Of a stretch of DNA of 64,000 nucleotides, positions 43,581-57,193 are shown one piece after another. Below the pieces are notes generated by a model that was not told the DNA's origin, ran no database searches, and worked only from the letters and a program-made list of their open reading frames with translations. Within the stretch, counting starts at the first letter, position 1. Each line of letters opens with the position of its first letter. Both the position numbers and the translations under genes were made by a program. This DNA is from Polyangiales bacterium (GTDB lineage Bacteria; Myxococcota_A; Polyangia; Polyangiales; JADJQN01), in NCBI GenBank assembly GCA_964202905.1, contig CAXNJO010000007.1, positions 96,001 to 160,000 on the forward strand, written 5' to 3'.

Positions 43581-45192
43581 ATGCCTGTTCCCGCGGACGA
43601 ACCCTCACCGATCCCACGACTCCTCGTCCTCGTGCGCGAGCGACGGCACGACGAGGCCCTCGCCGAGCTCGAGACGCTGCTGGCGTCCGGCGAGCGCCCC
43701 GACCACGCGGACCTCGCGCGCTGCCGCGAGCTCATCGCCTGGCACCGACATCTCGTCGCCTGGAACGTGGACGCCGCGCTCGAGCCGACGTTCGAGGCGA
43801 TCGCGCGGCTGGAGCAGGCGGGGCACGGCGAACTGCTCGATTGGGCCTACTCGGGGGCCGGCTTCGTCCTCGGTTTCGTCGGCCACTTCGAGACCGGCCT
43901 CGCGTGGGTCGACCGCGCCGCGGAGCTCGCGCGGGCCCGCGGCGACACCACCGGGCTCGTCCGGATCCTCAACAACAAGGCCGCCATCCTCGCGCTCGCG
44001 GAGGACTTCGAGGCCGCGCTCGCCGCGTTCGCCGAGGCCCTCACGATGATCGACCCCGGACCAGGGCTCGATCGCGTGATGAACCTGCAGAACCAGGCCT
44101 CGACGCGGACCCTGCAGGCGCGCGGCCTCCCCCTCACGGATCCGAATCGCCCAGTGATCTCGGGACGGGCGCTCGCCGCGGCGATGGACGGGCTCGCCGC
44201 GATCGACGCGCAGGCTGCCCCGCGCTGGCGGGCGTGGGGGCTCGGCAACCGGGGCAGCGCGCTCGCTCTGCTCGGTCGCGCGGCAGGCCGAGGCCTCCTA
44301 CGTCGAGGGGTTGCAGCTCGCCGCGTCGGCCCCGCGCACCGCCGTCGAGATCCTCGTCGGGCTCGCGTCGCTGCGGATCGACGCGGGCCGCCACCACGAG
44401 GCGAGCGCGCTGCTCGACGAGGCCGCGACGCGCGCACCGAGCGACGTCTTCGACGGCTCGACCGACCGCTTCATGGAGGCGAAGGTGCGCCTCGAAGTGT
44501 GCGCCGGGCACATCGAGGAGGCGCTCCGCTGGTCCGAGCAGCGCTTCCTGAGGCTGGAGCGGCAGTACCGCACGCGGCTCCGCTACGTGGCGCAGCTCGG
44601 CCGGCTCTCGGCCGAGCTCGACGAAGTGCGGCGCGCCGAGCAGCGCGCGCGGGCGCAGGCGGAGACGATGGCGCGCCGTGTGGAGTTGCTCGCGGGGCAG
44701 TCGCAGCGGTGGATGGACGAAGCCCTCCGCGATCCGCTCACCGGGCTCCTCAACCGCCGCGGGCTCGACGCCGCCGCCGGCGAGCTCTTCCGCCCTGAGC
44801 AGGGCGTGGGCGTCGCGATCATCGACCTCGATCACTTCAAGTCGATCAACGACCGGTTCGGACACGCGACCGGCGATCAGGTCCTCGTCCGAGCCGCCGC
44901 GCTCCTCGCGGGCACGACCCGCGACGGGGACGTCCTCGCGCGCACGGGCGGCGAGGAGTTCTGCGTCCTCTTGAAGCACGTCACGTCGGCGCAGGCGGCG
45001 CAGGCCTCGGAGCGCCTCCTCGCGAGGCTCCGGAGCGCCGACTGGGACGGAATCGTCCCCGGGCTCCGCGTGACCGCGTCGATCGGGCTCGCGCTGCGCG
45101 ACGGCGACGAGACGCTCGAGTCGGTCAGCCGCCGCGCCGACGCCGCGCTCTACCGGGCGAAGGCCGAGGGCCGCGACCGCGTACGGCCCTGA
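43581..45192 (+). CDS. TPR-containing diguanylate cyclase (GGDEF), frameshift ~44285
   Basis: TPR-like N-terminus; DPLTGLLNRR, DLDHFKSINDRFGH, RDGD I-site, GGEEF, LYRAK. Confidence 0.85.
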
Positions 45193-45395
45193 ACGTCGCC
45201 CGGCGTGCCCGGGCGGCGCGCCGCGACACCGGTCCCCGGCCGTGCGTCGCCGTGCCTGCGGAACGGCCGTGAACACATCCGCCGGCGCCGTCGGTCGTGT
45301 GCCCGCGTCGTGCCCCGCGCGAACACGGCGGGCCCGTGATCCCCGCCAGGACCCCGGATGCGCCGCCGATGCGGGTATGTTAGGCGCCTCGGCCG

Positions 45396-47125
45396 ATGAG
45401 AGACCTGCCCCCACTGCGCGTGGCCCGGCCCGCGTGGGCCGTCGCCGCCTGCCTCTGGCTCGCCGCGGTCGCGTCGGGGGCGCAGGCACAGGATGCGGGT
45501 CGTGGGGTCTCGTCCACGCGGGACGCGGGACGCGAACCGCGCCCGACCGCCGAGGCCGGGAGCGGCGCGAACGCGGCCGGCGATGCCGGGGGTGGGCATG
45601 GGGCGTCGGGCGAGGCAGGCGTCGCGCGCGCTGGGGCATCGGACGCGGCGGTCGGGGAGGGCCCGCGTGATGCGGTCGCGCTCCCGCCGGTCGTGGCGCT
45701 CGATGGGGCGAACGCCGGTCCGGACGCCTCGGCGCCGCGTGCCGATGCGGGCCCCCGCACGGCTGCGTCTGCGACCGTGTCCGGGGCTGCGCCCGGTGCG
45801 TTGCCGGCCGGGCCATCCGCGGACGTGCGCGAGGCGCCCACCGCCTCGCACGAGGCAGGCACGCGCGAGGCCGCGTCGAGCGTCGTCAAGACGATCCTCG
45901 GCCTCCTCGCGCTGCTCGGGCTCGCGGTCCTCGGCGGGCACCCGCGGGTGCGGCGCCTCGAGGGCGCGCTCGGGATCTCGCAGGTCGTCACGGCGGGTTT
46001 CCCCTTCGTGGCGCTCGGTCTCGTCGCGCGGCTGCCCGCGGTGGGGGTGCTCGACGACCGGGTGCTCGCGCAGGTCGCGCCGCTGCTCCAGCTCGGGCTC
46101 GGCTGGGTCGGTTTCCTCACGGGCTATCAGTTCGAGGTCCGCAGCCTCGACGACTTCCCGAAGGGCACGGCGGCCTTCGTGAGCGCGATGACGACGCTGC
46201 CTTTCGTGGTGGTCGTCGCGGCGTGCGGTGGGCTGCTCCTCGCGTTCGGCCAGCCCTGGCAGGACGCCGTCTTCCTGCGCGACGCCGTCGTGCTCGGCAC
46301 CGCGGCGACCATCACCGCGCCGATCGCCTCGGCGCTCGCGCGTGAGCGCGGCGTTGCGCCCGGCACGCAGGCCGTGCTCACGCGGCTCGGGCAGCTCGAC
46401 GACATCGCCGGCATCGTCGGATTGTTGTTTCTCGGCGCGTACTTCCGGCCCGCCGCGGCCGGGGTCGCGTGGGCGCTGCCCGGCACCGCGTGGCTCTTCG
46501 TGACGATCGGCCTCGGCTTCTCCGTCGGCGTCGTCATCTACCTCGTGCTTCGGCGGCCCGCCTCGAACGTCGAGCAGATCGCGCTCGTCATCGGCAGCAT
46601 CGCGTTCGCGGCGGGGCTCGCGGGCTTCCTGCGCGTCTCGGCGGTGGTCGTCTGCTTCCTCGCGGGGCTGCTCGTCGGCAACCTGCCGGGCGACTACCGC
46701 CCCACCGTGAAGAAGGTCCTCCGGCTGCTCGAGCGCCCGGTCTACCTCGTGTTCCTCGTCTTCGCGGGCGCGCTCTGGAACGTGGAGGACTGGCGCGGCT
46801 GGGCGCTCGTGCCGGTCTTCGTGCTCGCGCGGCTCGGCGGGCGCGCGCTCGGCGTCCGCGCGGCCGAGCGCACCGGCGGTGCTAGCGAGCTCGCGCACGG
46901 GCGCGCGGGCGTCGTGCCGGCGCCGATGGGCGCGCTCTCGATCGCGATCGTCATCTCCTTCCAGACGCTCTTCGCGGGGCGCGCGGTGCCGTGGATCGTG
47001 ACGGCCGTCATCGGCGGCGCGATCGTCACGGAGTTCGTCGTGCAGATCGCGCTGCTCGGCGGCCGTGGCCCGACGCTGACGGTGCCTGCCCCCGTCGCGC
47101 CTGCGCCGGGACCGGGGTCCGCCTG

Positions 47126-47126
<1 letters not shown>
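45396..47126 (+). CDS. Cation:proton antiporter (CPA superfamily) with low-complexity N-terminal extension
   Basis: About 12 TM helices; LGWVGFLTG, QLDD, FLVFAGA, ARLGG motifs. Confidence 0.72.
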
Positions 47127-48935
<1,809 letters not shown>

Positions 48936-48957
48936 TCCCGCCTGCGCCGCGTCGGGA

Positions 48958-48978
48958 GACCCCGCCCGCGGCGGGGTC
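48958..48978. terminator. GC-rich hairpin GACCCCGCC-CGC-GGCGGGGTC between glnB and glnA
   Basis: Perfect 9-bp stem 22 nt after the glnB stop; a short T run follows 11 nt later. Confidence 0.4.
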
Positions 48979-49106
48979 CGCGGCCGCCATTTTACGGCTC
49001 CGAAACGCGCCCGAAACGCGCACCACGTAGTGATCGCGCGCCTTCGGGCGCATCGTTCCGCCCGCTCGCATCCCTCGAGCCAGACCCACCCAGCCCTGGA
49101 GTCCGC

Positions 49107-50526
<1,420 letters not shown>

Positions 50527-50738
50527 GGTCCCCCTCGGCGGACTGCGCGCGCGCCGCCCGCGTTTCGTTGACGGCGCCGCGCGGCCTCGGATAGCATCGG
50601 CGGGCTCGTGCGCTCGGATTCCAAGCGTCCGGGCCCGCGCTCGATCGTGCGCTCCGACGACGCACGACCCGGCGACGGCGCTCCCCCCGCCCACGCTCGT
50701 CGCGGCGCCGACACGCGCTCCGAGGGACCCCCGCGACC

Positions 50739-51608
50739 ATGCTCCCCAGCAAAGCCCGTGTCGCCGCCACGCTCCTGCGCGGGCTGCCCCGCAAGCGGCT
50801 GAGCCGCCAGCTCGGGCGTCTCGCGGACCTGCCGTTCCCGGCACCCTTCCTCGACCGCTTCGTGGATGCCTACCTGAAGGCGTACGCGATCGACCTCGGC
50901 GACTACGAGCAGCCCGAGGGCGGCTACCCGAGCTTCGACGCGTTCTTCACGCGGCGTCTGCTCCCCGGGCGTCGCCCGCTCGACGCGGACGAGGGCGCGC
51001 TCCTCTCGCCGGCGGACGGCCGCCTCGAGGATCTCGGCACCATCGAGCGCGGCGCGAAGCTGCTCGTGAAGGGCAAGCGGTACGATGTCGGCGAGCTGCT
51101 CGGGGACCGCTACGAGGCCGCGCGCTTCGAGGGCGGGCTCTTCGCGATCGTCTACCTCTCGCCCCGCGACTACCACCGCGTGCACGCCCCCGCCACGGGG
51201 ATGGTGTCGGCGGCGCGCTATGTCGCCGGGACGCTCTATCCCGTCAACGCCATCGGGATCGAGCACGTCCCGAACCTGTTCGCGGTGAACGAGCGCGTCG
51301 CCATCCACCAGGTGACCGAACGCTTCGGGGAGGTCGTCTCGGTGATGGTCGGCGCCATCGTCGTCGGGCGCATCGGCGTCTCCTTCGACCCCGAACTCGT
51401 GACGAACGTCGGGCGGCCCGCCGTCGCGCGCGACTACGGGGATCACGGTCCGCGCCTCGCCCGCGGCGACGAGCTCGGCGTGTTCCACATCGGCTCGACG
51501 GTGGTGCTCTTCACGACGCGCAGCGCCGGGCTCCGCTTCGTGCGCGGCCCCGGCGACGTCGTGCGGATGGGCGAGGCGCTCGCCCGCCGCGACGGGGGAC
51601 GCCCGTGA
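50739..51608 (+). CDS. psd: Phosphatidylserine decarboxylase
   Basis: FFTRRL, SPADG, YLSPRDYHRVHAP, NER, VGAIVVG, G.F.IGST self-cleavage motif. Confidence 0.92.
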   Translation: MLPSKARVAATLLRGLPRKRLSRQLGRLADLPFPAPFLDRFVDAYLKAYAIDLGDYEQPEGGYPSFDAFFTRRLLPGRRPLDADEGALLSPADGRLEDLGTIERGAKLLVKGKRYDVGELLGDRYEAARFEGGLFAIVYLSPRDYHRVHAPATGMVSAARYVAGTLYPVNAIGIEHVPNLFAVNERVAIHQVTERFGEVVSVMVGAIVVGRIGVSFDPELVTNVGRPAVARDYGDHGPRLARGDELGVFHIGSTVVLFTTRSAGLRFVRGPGDVVRMGEALARRDGGRP

Positions 51609-54109
51609 GCGACGACGAGCCCGAGCGCCGCGAGCGTCGGAAGACTGCGCGCGCGCGCCGCCTGCGGGTGCCGCTCGACGAGGTGCCGCGTCCACCCGCG
51701 GCGGTCTTCGACGACGCGTTCGACGACATCGAGGTCGAGGTCCCCGAGAGCATCGCGCCCGATGCGCCCGACGCGCCCGACGCGCCCGTCACGCCCGCCG
51801 CGCCCGCCGCGCCCGCCGCGCCCGATGCGCCGCGCTCGCGCCACGCACGCGCCCGCGCCTGACGCCGCGGCGGTCTGCACGGCCGTCCGATGCCGGCCTC
51901 GAGGTGAGCCGCGCCGACACCGGACTCGGGCAACGGCGCGGAGGATTCCCTCGTGCCCGCAGCGCAGGGTTCGCCGGAGTCGCTGTCGCCGCGCGTCTCC
52001 ATCTCTCGGATCTTGAGCGCGCCGCCGCCCGGGTCCGACCGCCCAAGCCTCGTCATCATCCAGCGCTCCGTGGTCATCACGGGTGAGCCTCCTGCGCCGC
52101 GAGAGTCGGCGCCGGCGTTCTCGCCGCCTCCGCTCCGCGTGCCGAATTTCGGCCCGTTCGCGACGGGCGGGCTCGGTACGCTCGAACCCGACACGACCGT
52201 CTTGGCGCCGACCGAGCCCGACACGAACGGCCTCGAGGGCCCTCATGCGGACAACACCGCGCCCGGCACCGAGGAGTCGCCGATCGACGGTCGCCTCACC
52301 GACCCGGATGGGATCCCTGCGGCGGCGGTCGCTCGCGCGCCCGCGTACGAGGTCGGCGCCCGCCCCGCCGTCGACGCGTCGCGCTCGTCGCCGCTGGCGC
52401 GGGAACCCGAGGAAGGCGACGAGGACGACCTCCCCGGTGAGCCCACGCGCGTGACGAAGGGCTCGCGGCCCTCGCTCGGGAGCGCGTCTGCGCCGCCGGC
52501 TGCGTCCCCGCAATCCTTCGCGTCGCCGCGACCGGCCGCGTCCCCGCAACCCTCTGCGTCTGCGCAACCGGCGCCGTCCGCGCTGCGTCGGCCGTCGCAG
52601 CCGCCCGCGTCCGCGCCGCGCCCGCCATCGCAGCCGCCCGCACGGGCACCCTCCCAGCCGCCATCCGCCCTCGCGCGGCCGCTCCCGCCTCCCTCGCGTG
52701 GGGTGTCGCTTCCGCCCTCGGTGCCGCCGCGCCCGCTGCCGCCCGCACGCCTCTCCTCACGTCCCCCGATGTCGGGTGGCGGGTCGTTGCCACCCCCGGT
52801 GCTCCCGCTCTCTGCGCTCGCCGCGTCGCTCCCACCCCCGCCCTCGCTCGAGGGTGGCGCGGACATCGCCGCCGAGCCTTCGGCGGCGACGCGCGAGGCG
52901 CTCGACGCGATGTTCGAGGACATCGCGACGACGGGCACTTCGCAGCCTCCGGCGGCGTCCGCGACGGGCCCCGGGGCGTCGGCGTCCGCTGACCTCGATC
53001 TCGAGCCCGCGATCGCCGTCGAGGAGCTCGCCGCCGACGAACTCGCGCCCGTCGAGCTCGATGCGCGCCCGGTGCCCCCGCCCGCGCCTGCGTTGGCTGC
53101 GCCCCGCCCACCGCCTGCGCCCCCCGGGGCTGCGCGGCCGACGCCGCCCGCGGTCCCGCCCCCCGCGGCGCCAGAGCAGCCTGCAGCGGCGACGGATACC
53201 GCTGAGCCCCCGCGTCGCAGGAAGCGCGCGCGCGTCTGGTGGGAGGACTTCTTCAACGACGACTACCTCCGCACCGTGCGCGCGCCTTCCCACGCGCAGG
53301 TCGTGCGGCAGTGCAATTTCCTCGAGTACAGCCTCGGCCTGCAGAAGGGCGCCACGATCCTCGACGTCGGCTGCGGGCTCGGCCTGCAGGCCGTGGAGCT
53401 CGCGGCCCGCGGCTACCTCGTGGTCGGGCTCGACCTCTCGCTGCCGATGCTCTCGCGCGCAGCGGACGAGGCGCAGGACCGCGATATCAAGATGAACTTC
53501 CTGCACGGCGACATGCGGGAGATGACCTTCGACGGGGCCTTCGACGCGGTCGTCTGTCTCGGAACGACCTTCGGCTACTTCGACGACGACACCAACCGCC
53601 AGGTGCTCGAGCGCATGAAGCGCGCGCTGAAGCCGCAAGGGCTGCTGCTGCTCGACGTCGTGAACCGTGACTTCGTCGTGCAGGGGCAGCCGAACCTCGT
53701 GTGGTTCGAGGGCGACGGCTGCATCTGCATGGAAGAGACGCAATTCAATGACATCACGTCGCGCCTGCACGTGAAGCGCACCGTCATCCTCGAGGATGGG
53801 CGGCAGCGTGAGAACGAGTACGCGATCCGCCTCTACCCGCTGCACGAGATCGGGCAGGTGATGCATCAGATGGGTTTCCGCGTCGCCGAGGTGAGCGGCA
53901 TGGAGGCGACACCCGGCGTCTATTTCGGCGCAACGTCGCCGCGTCTGATTCTGCTCGCGGAGCGGCGCGTCGAGCGCGGCGGGACGGGCACGCTCCCGGG
54001 TGCGCCCGGAAACACGAACCCGCCCGGATCACCGAGCGAGCCGGCCCGCGCGACGCTGCCGGGGGATGCGCCCTTCACCGAGTTTGAGCGGGGCCCCGCG
54101 GAGGGCTGA
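51605..54109 (+). CDS. Class I SAM-dependent methyltransferase with very long Pro-rich N-terminal extension (frameshift ~51840-51950)
   Basis: WWEDFFNDDY, ILDVGCGLG, GLDLS, GDMR, TTFGYF; GTGA overlap with psd. Confidence 0.8.
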
Positions 54110-54151
54110 CGGCCCCGCGGGCGACGTACGACACCGCGCGCGGCGACGCCT

Positions 54152-54790
54152 TTAGAATGGCGACGTCGGCTGGCCCCGCAGCGTGTAGCGAGCGCGGCAG
54201 GGCAGGGCGTCGAACTCGCCCCCCTGCGCCGCGAGCAGCGGGGCGCAGTCGGCGCCGCGCGTGACGACCAGTTCGATCACGTGCTCGCCGACGAGCGGCG
54301 GCTCGTCGGTGCCACCGTCCGCCGCCCCCGCGTCGGCGAGCGCGCCGGCGTCGTTCGGCCCCGCGTCGGCGACCACGCCTGCGTCGTTGGCGCCCGCATC
54401 GTCGGCGGCTGTCCCCGCGTCGCCTGCGTCGCCCGACACGCGCCCGCGGATGACCTCGCGCTGCTCGAGCGTGCAGCCGGCGACCTCGACGTCCGCGGGC
54501 CATGCGACGACGGACGCGTTCCGGCGGAACTCGAACGCGCCGTCGTCCGCGCGGAAGCTCCCTGCGACGATGGGCTGCCGCCGCAGTCGCCAGTAGCCGA
54601 CCGCGTTCTCGCCACGCACTTCGACCTCGAAGTCGAGGGTGTCGAGCACGGGGAAGCCCGGGCCACACGTGTTCTCGACGAGCGCGCCCGTCACGCGAAA
54701 GCTGCCGACCGGTTCGCCGGGCCAGGCTGGCTCGCACGCGGTGAAGCAAGCGAGCGCAGCGACCGAACAGGGCAGGAGGGCAGAACGCAT
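54152..54790 (-). CDS. Hypothetical lipoprotein
   Basis: FTAC lipobox, paired Cys, DAG-repeat insert. Confidence 0.7.
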   Translation of the reverse strand: MRSALLPCSVAALACFTACEPAWPGEPVGSFRVTGALVENTCGPGFPVLDTLDFEVEVRGENAVGYWRLRRQPIVAGSFRADDGAFEFRRNASVVAWPADVEVAGCTLEQREVIRGRVSGDAGDAGTAADDAGANDAGVVADAGPNDAGALADAGAADGGTDEPPLVGEHVIELVVTRGADCAPLLAAQGGEFDALPCRARYTLRGQPTSPF

Positions 54791-54902
54791 GTCTCGCTAT
54801 CGCCGCAGCGGTCCCGTCGCGTCAAGAAAGCAGCCCGCGCGGCGCAGCCGGGGGTGGCGCGCGGCGCGGCTGGGGGTCGCGCCCCGGCGGGCGCGCAGCG
54901 GA

Positions 54903-57030
54903 TCAGGGCGCCGCGGGGGGCGCGGCGGGCCGTGGTCTCGGCGGGCGTCGCCGGCGCAGCGGGTGCCGGCGCAGCGGGTGCCGGCGCAGCGGGTGCCGGC
55001 GCAGCGGGTGCCGGCGCAGCGGGTGCCGCGGGCGATACCGACGTCGCGGTCGCCTCGACGATGAACTCGACGCGGCGATTCCGCGCTTGGGCGGCGCGGC
55101 CGCGACCCTGGTCGATCGGGCGGTCCGGGCCAAAGCCCTGCGCCGCGAGGCGCTCGCGCGCGATCCCCTTGCCGACGAGGTAGTCGAGGCAGGCCTGAGC
55201 GCGCCCCTGCGAGAGCGCGACGTTCGCGGTGCGATCGCCGCGGTTGTCCGTGTGACCCTCGATGCGGACGTGGCCGTACGAGGGCTGGTGCTGCAGCACG
55301 GACGCGACGACGTCGAGGATCAGGAACGACTGGCGCCCCTCGATCACCGCGCTGCCCGTGCGGAAGTTCACCTGCTGGAGCAGCGTGATCGTGTTGCCCT
55401 CGACGCGGACGAGCGCGCGCCCATCGGGACAACCGTCATCGTCGTTGTCGCCATTGAGCGTCTCGGCCTCGCGCGGGCAACGGTCGACCGCGTCCGCGAT
55501 GCCGTCGCCGTCGGTGTCCGGGGACTCGTCGGGGCAGCCGTCGTCGTCCTCGAAGCGGTTGAAGTTCTCGGCCTGATCGGGGCACGCGTCCGCGTCGTCG
55601 AGGAGCGTGTCGTTGTCGAAGTCGGTCTCAGGGCAGCCGTCCTCGTCGCCGTAGCCGTCGGTGTCCTCGGCGACATCCGGGCAGCGATCGGTGTCGTCGG
55701 GGATGTTGTCGCGGTCGCGGTCGTTCTCGGGGCAGCCGTCTTCGTCGCGATCGCCATCCATGTCCTCGGGGACGGCGGGGCAGGAGTCGTAGCCGTCCTG
55801 GATGCCGTCACCGTCGTCGTCGCGGTCGGGACAGCCGTCGGTGTCCTCGTGGTTGTCGCGGTCCTCCGCCTCGCCGGGGCAGCGATCGCTCTCGTCGGGG
55901 ATGCCGTCGGAGTCGTTGTCCGCCTCGGGGCAGCCGTCGCCGTCGTCGTAGCCGTCGAGGTCTTCGGCCTCCGCCACGCACGCGTCGTCGCGGTCGATGA
56001 CGCCGTCGCCATCCGAATCGCCGCGGCTCGGCGCCCAGGCCGCCCCGCCGAGGACGCGGAACACGGGGACGCCGACGCCCTGAACGAGGCCGGGGCCGGC
56101 GCCCAGCGTGAAGAAGAAGTCGCCGACCGCGATGCGGCCCGCGAGGCGCGCCTCGAGCGCGTTCTCGTCGACCTCGGCCGTGAACGACGACGCGCCGACG
56201 ACCTCGCCGAGCACGCTGATGAGGGGCGTCACGTCGTAGGCGAGCGCGAGGCCGTAGGTGAGGCGCGGGCCCACCTTCGTCGAGAGGAAGAGCCCCTCCT
56301 CGCGCCAGAAGCCGCCGACGTTCGCGCCGACGTGGAAGCCGTTCTTCACGAACTCGCCGATGACGTGGCCCCCGAAGAGCGGACCCGGGTTGCCGATGAA
56401 GGAGTCTTCGGCGGTGACGCCCGCGAGAGGCACCGTGCCCCACGCGCTCGCGCTCACCGAGAGCCCCTCGCCCGTGCCGAGGATGCGGACCTTCGCGGTG
56501 ATCCGCAGGTCGCCGAGGCCGGCCGAGGAGCCGCCCTGCGTGATGATCTCCGGCAGCGCCCGCATGATCTGGAACGACTCGCCGCTCGAGAAGCTGAGCG
56601 GCAGCACGAGGCCGAGCTGCAGGCGCTCGAAGAGCGTGATCGCGCCCGTGAGGTTCGCCGTCGCGATGAACTCGGTGAGCACGGAGCGCGTCGCGCCCAC
56701 GTCGCAATTCGAGAGGTCGCCGTCCGGGCAGGTCGCGGTGCGCAGGACGAAGGGTTGGTGCGCGTAGTCGATCGTGAGACCGACCGCGGGCGCGAGGTGC
56801 CCGGACGTCTGCGCGCCCTCGACCATGAGGTAATTGCCGCGGCCGGGCGCGGGCGTGAAGTTCTGCGCAGAGACGGGATCACGCGGCGCGGATTGCGCCG
56901 AGGCGCGCGGCGCGACGCCTCCCCAAAGCGCGAGGCCGGCGAGCAGCGTCGCCACGAGCAGGCTCGCCGGGCGGCGCGTGCGGGCCGGGGTGGAAATCGG
57001 AGCGACGAAGAGGTGGAAGTGACGCCGCAT
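54903..57030 (-). CDS. Outer-membrane protein: N-terminal beta-barrel, TSP3 Ca-binding repeats, OmpA C-terminal domain (TraB-like architecture)
   Basis: Signal ASA-Q; GLGDLR barrel motif; 6 paired D-x-D-x-D-G...CP / ED.DG..D.DGCP units; IEGHTD, LSQGRA, RNRRVEF. 3' end probably frameshifted. Confidence 0.85.
54950..55028. repeat. 15-bp tandem repeat GCCGGCGCAGCGGGT x5 (PAAPA tail)
   Basis: Perfect tandem copies visible in the sequence. Confidence 0.9.
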
Positions 57031-57193
57031 AGGTCTCCAGACGCGGGTCGACGCAAGGCGCGACCCCGTGAGCGGGGCCAAGGCCCCGGGTACGAGCGGG
57101 GAGAGTATCCACCGACCCGCGTTGGCGCCGCAACGGGGAAACGCGCCGTTCAGACCGATCCGGCGAGGGGGCCGCGCGTGGCGGACCCGACCC

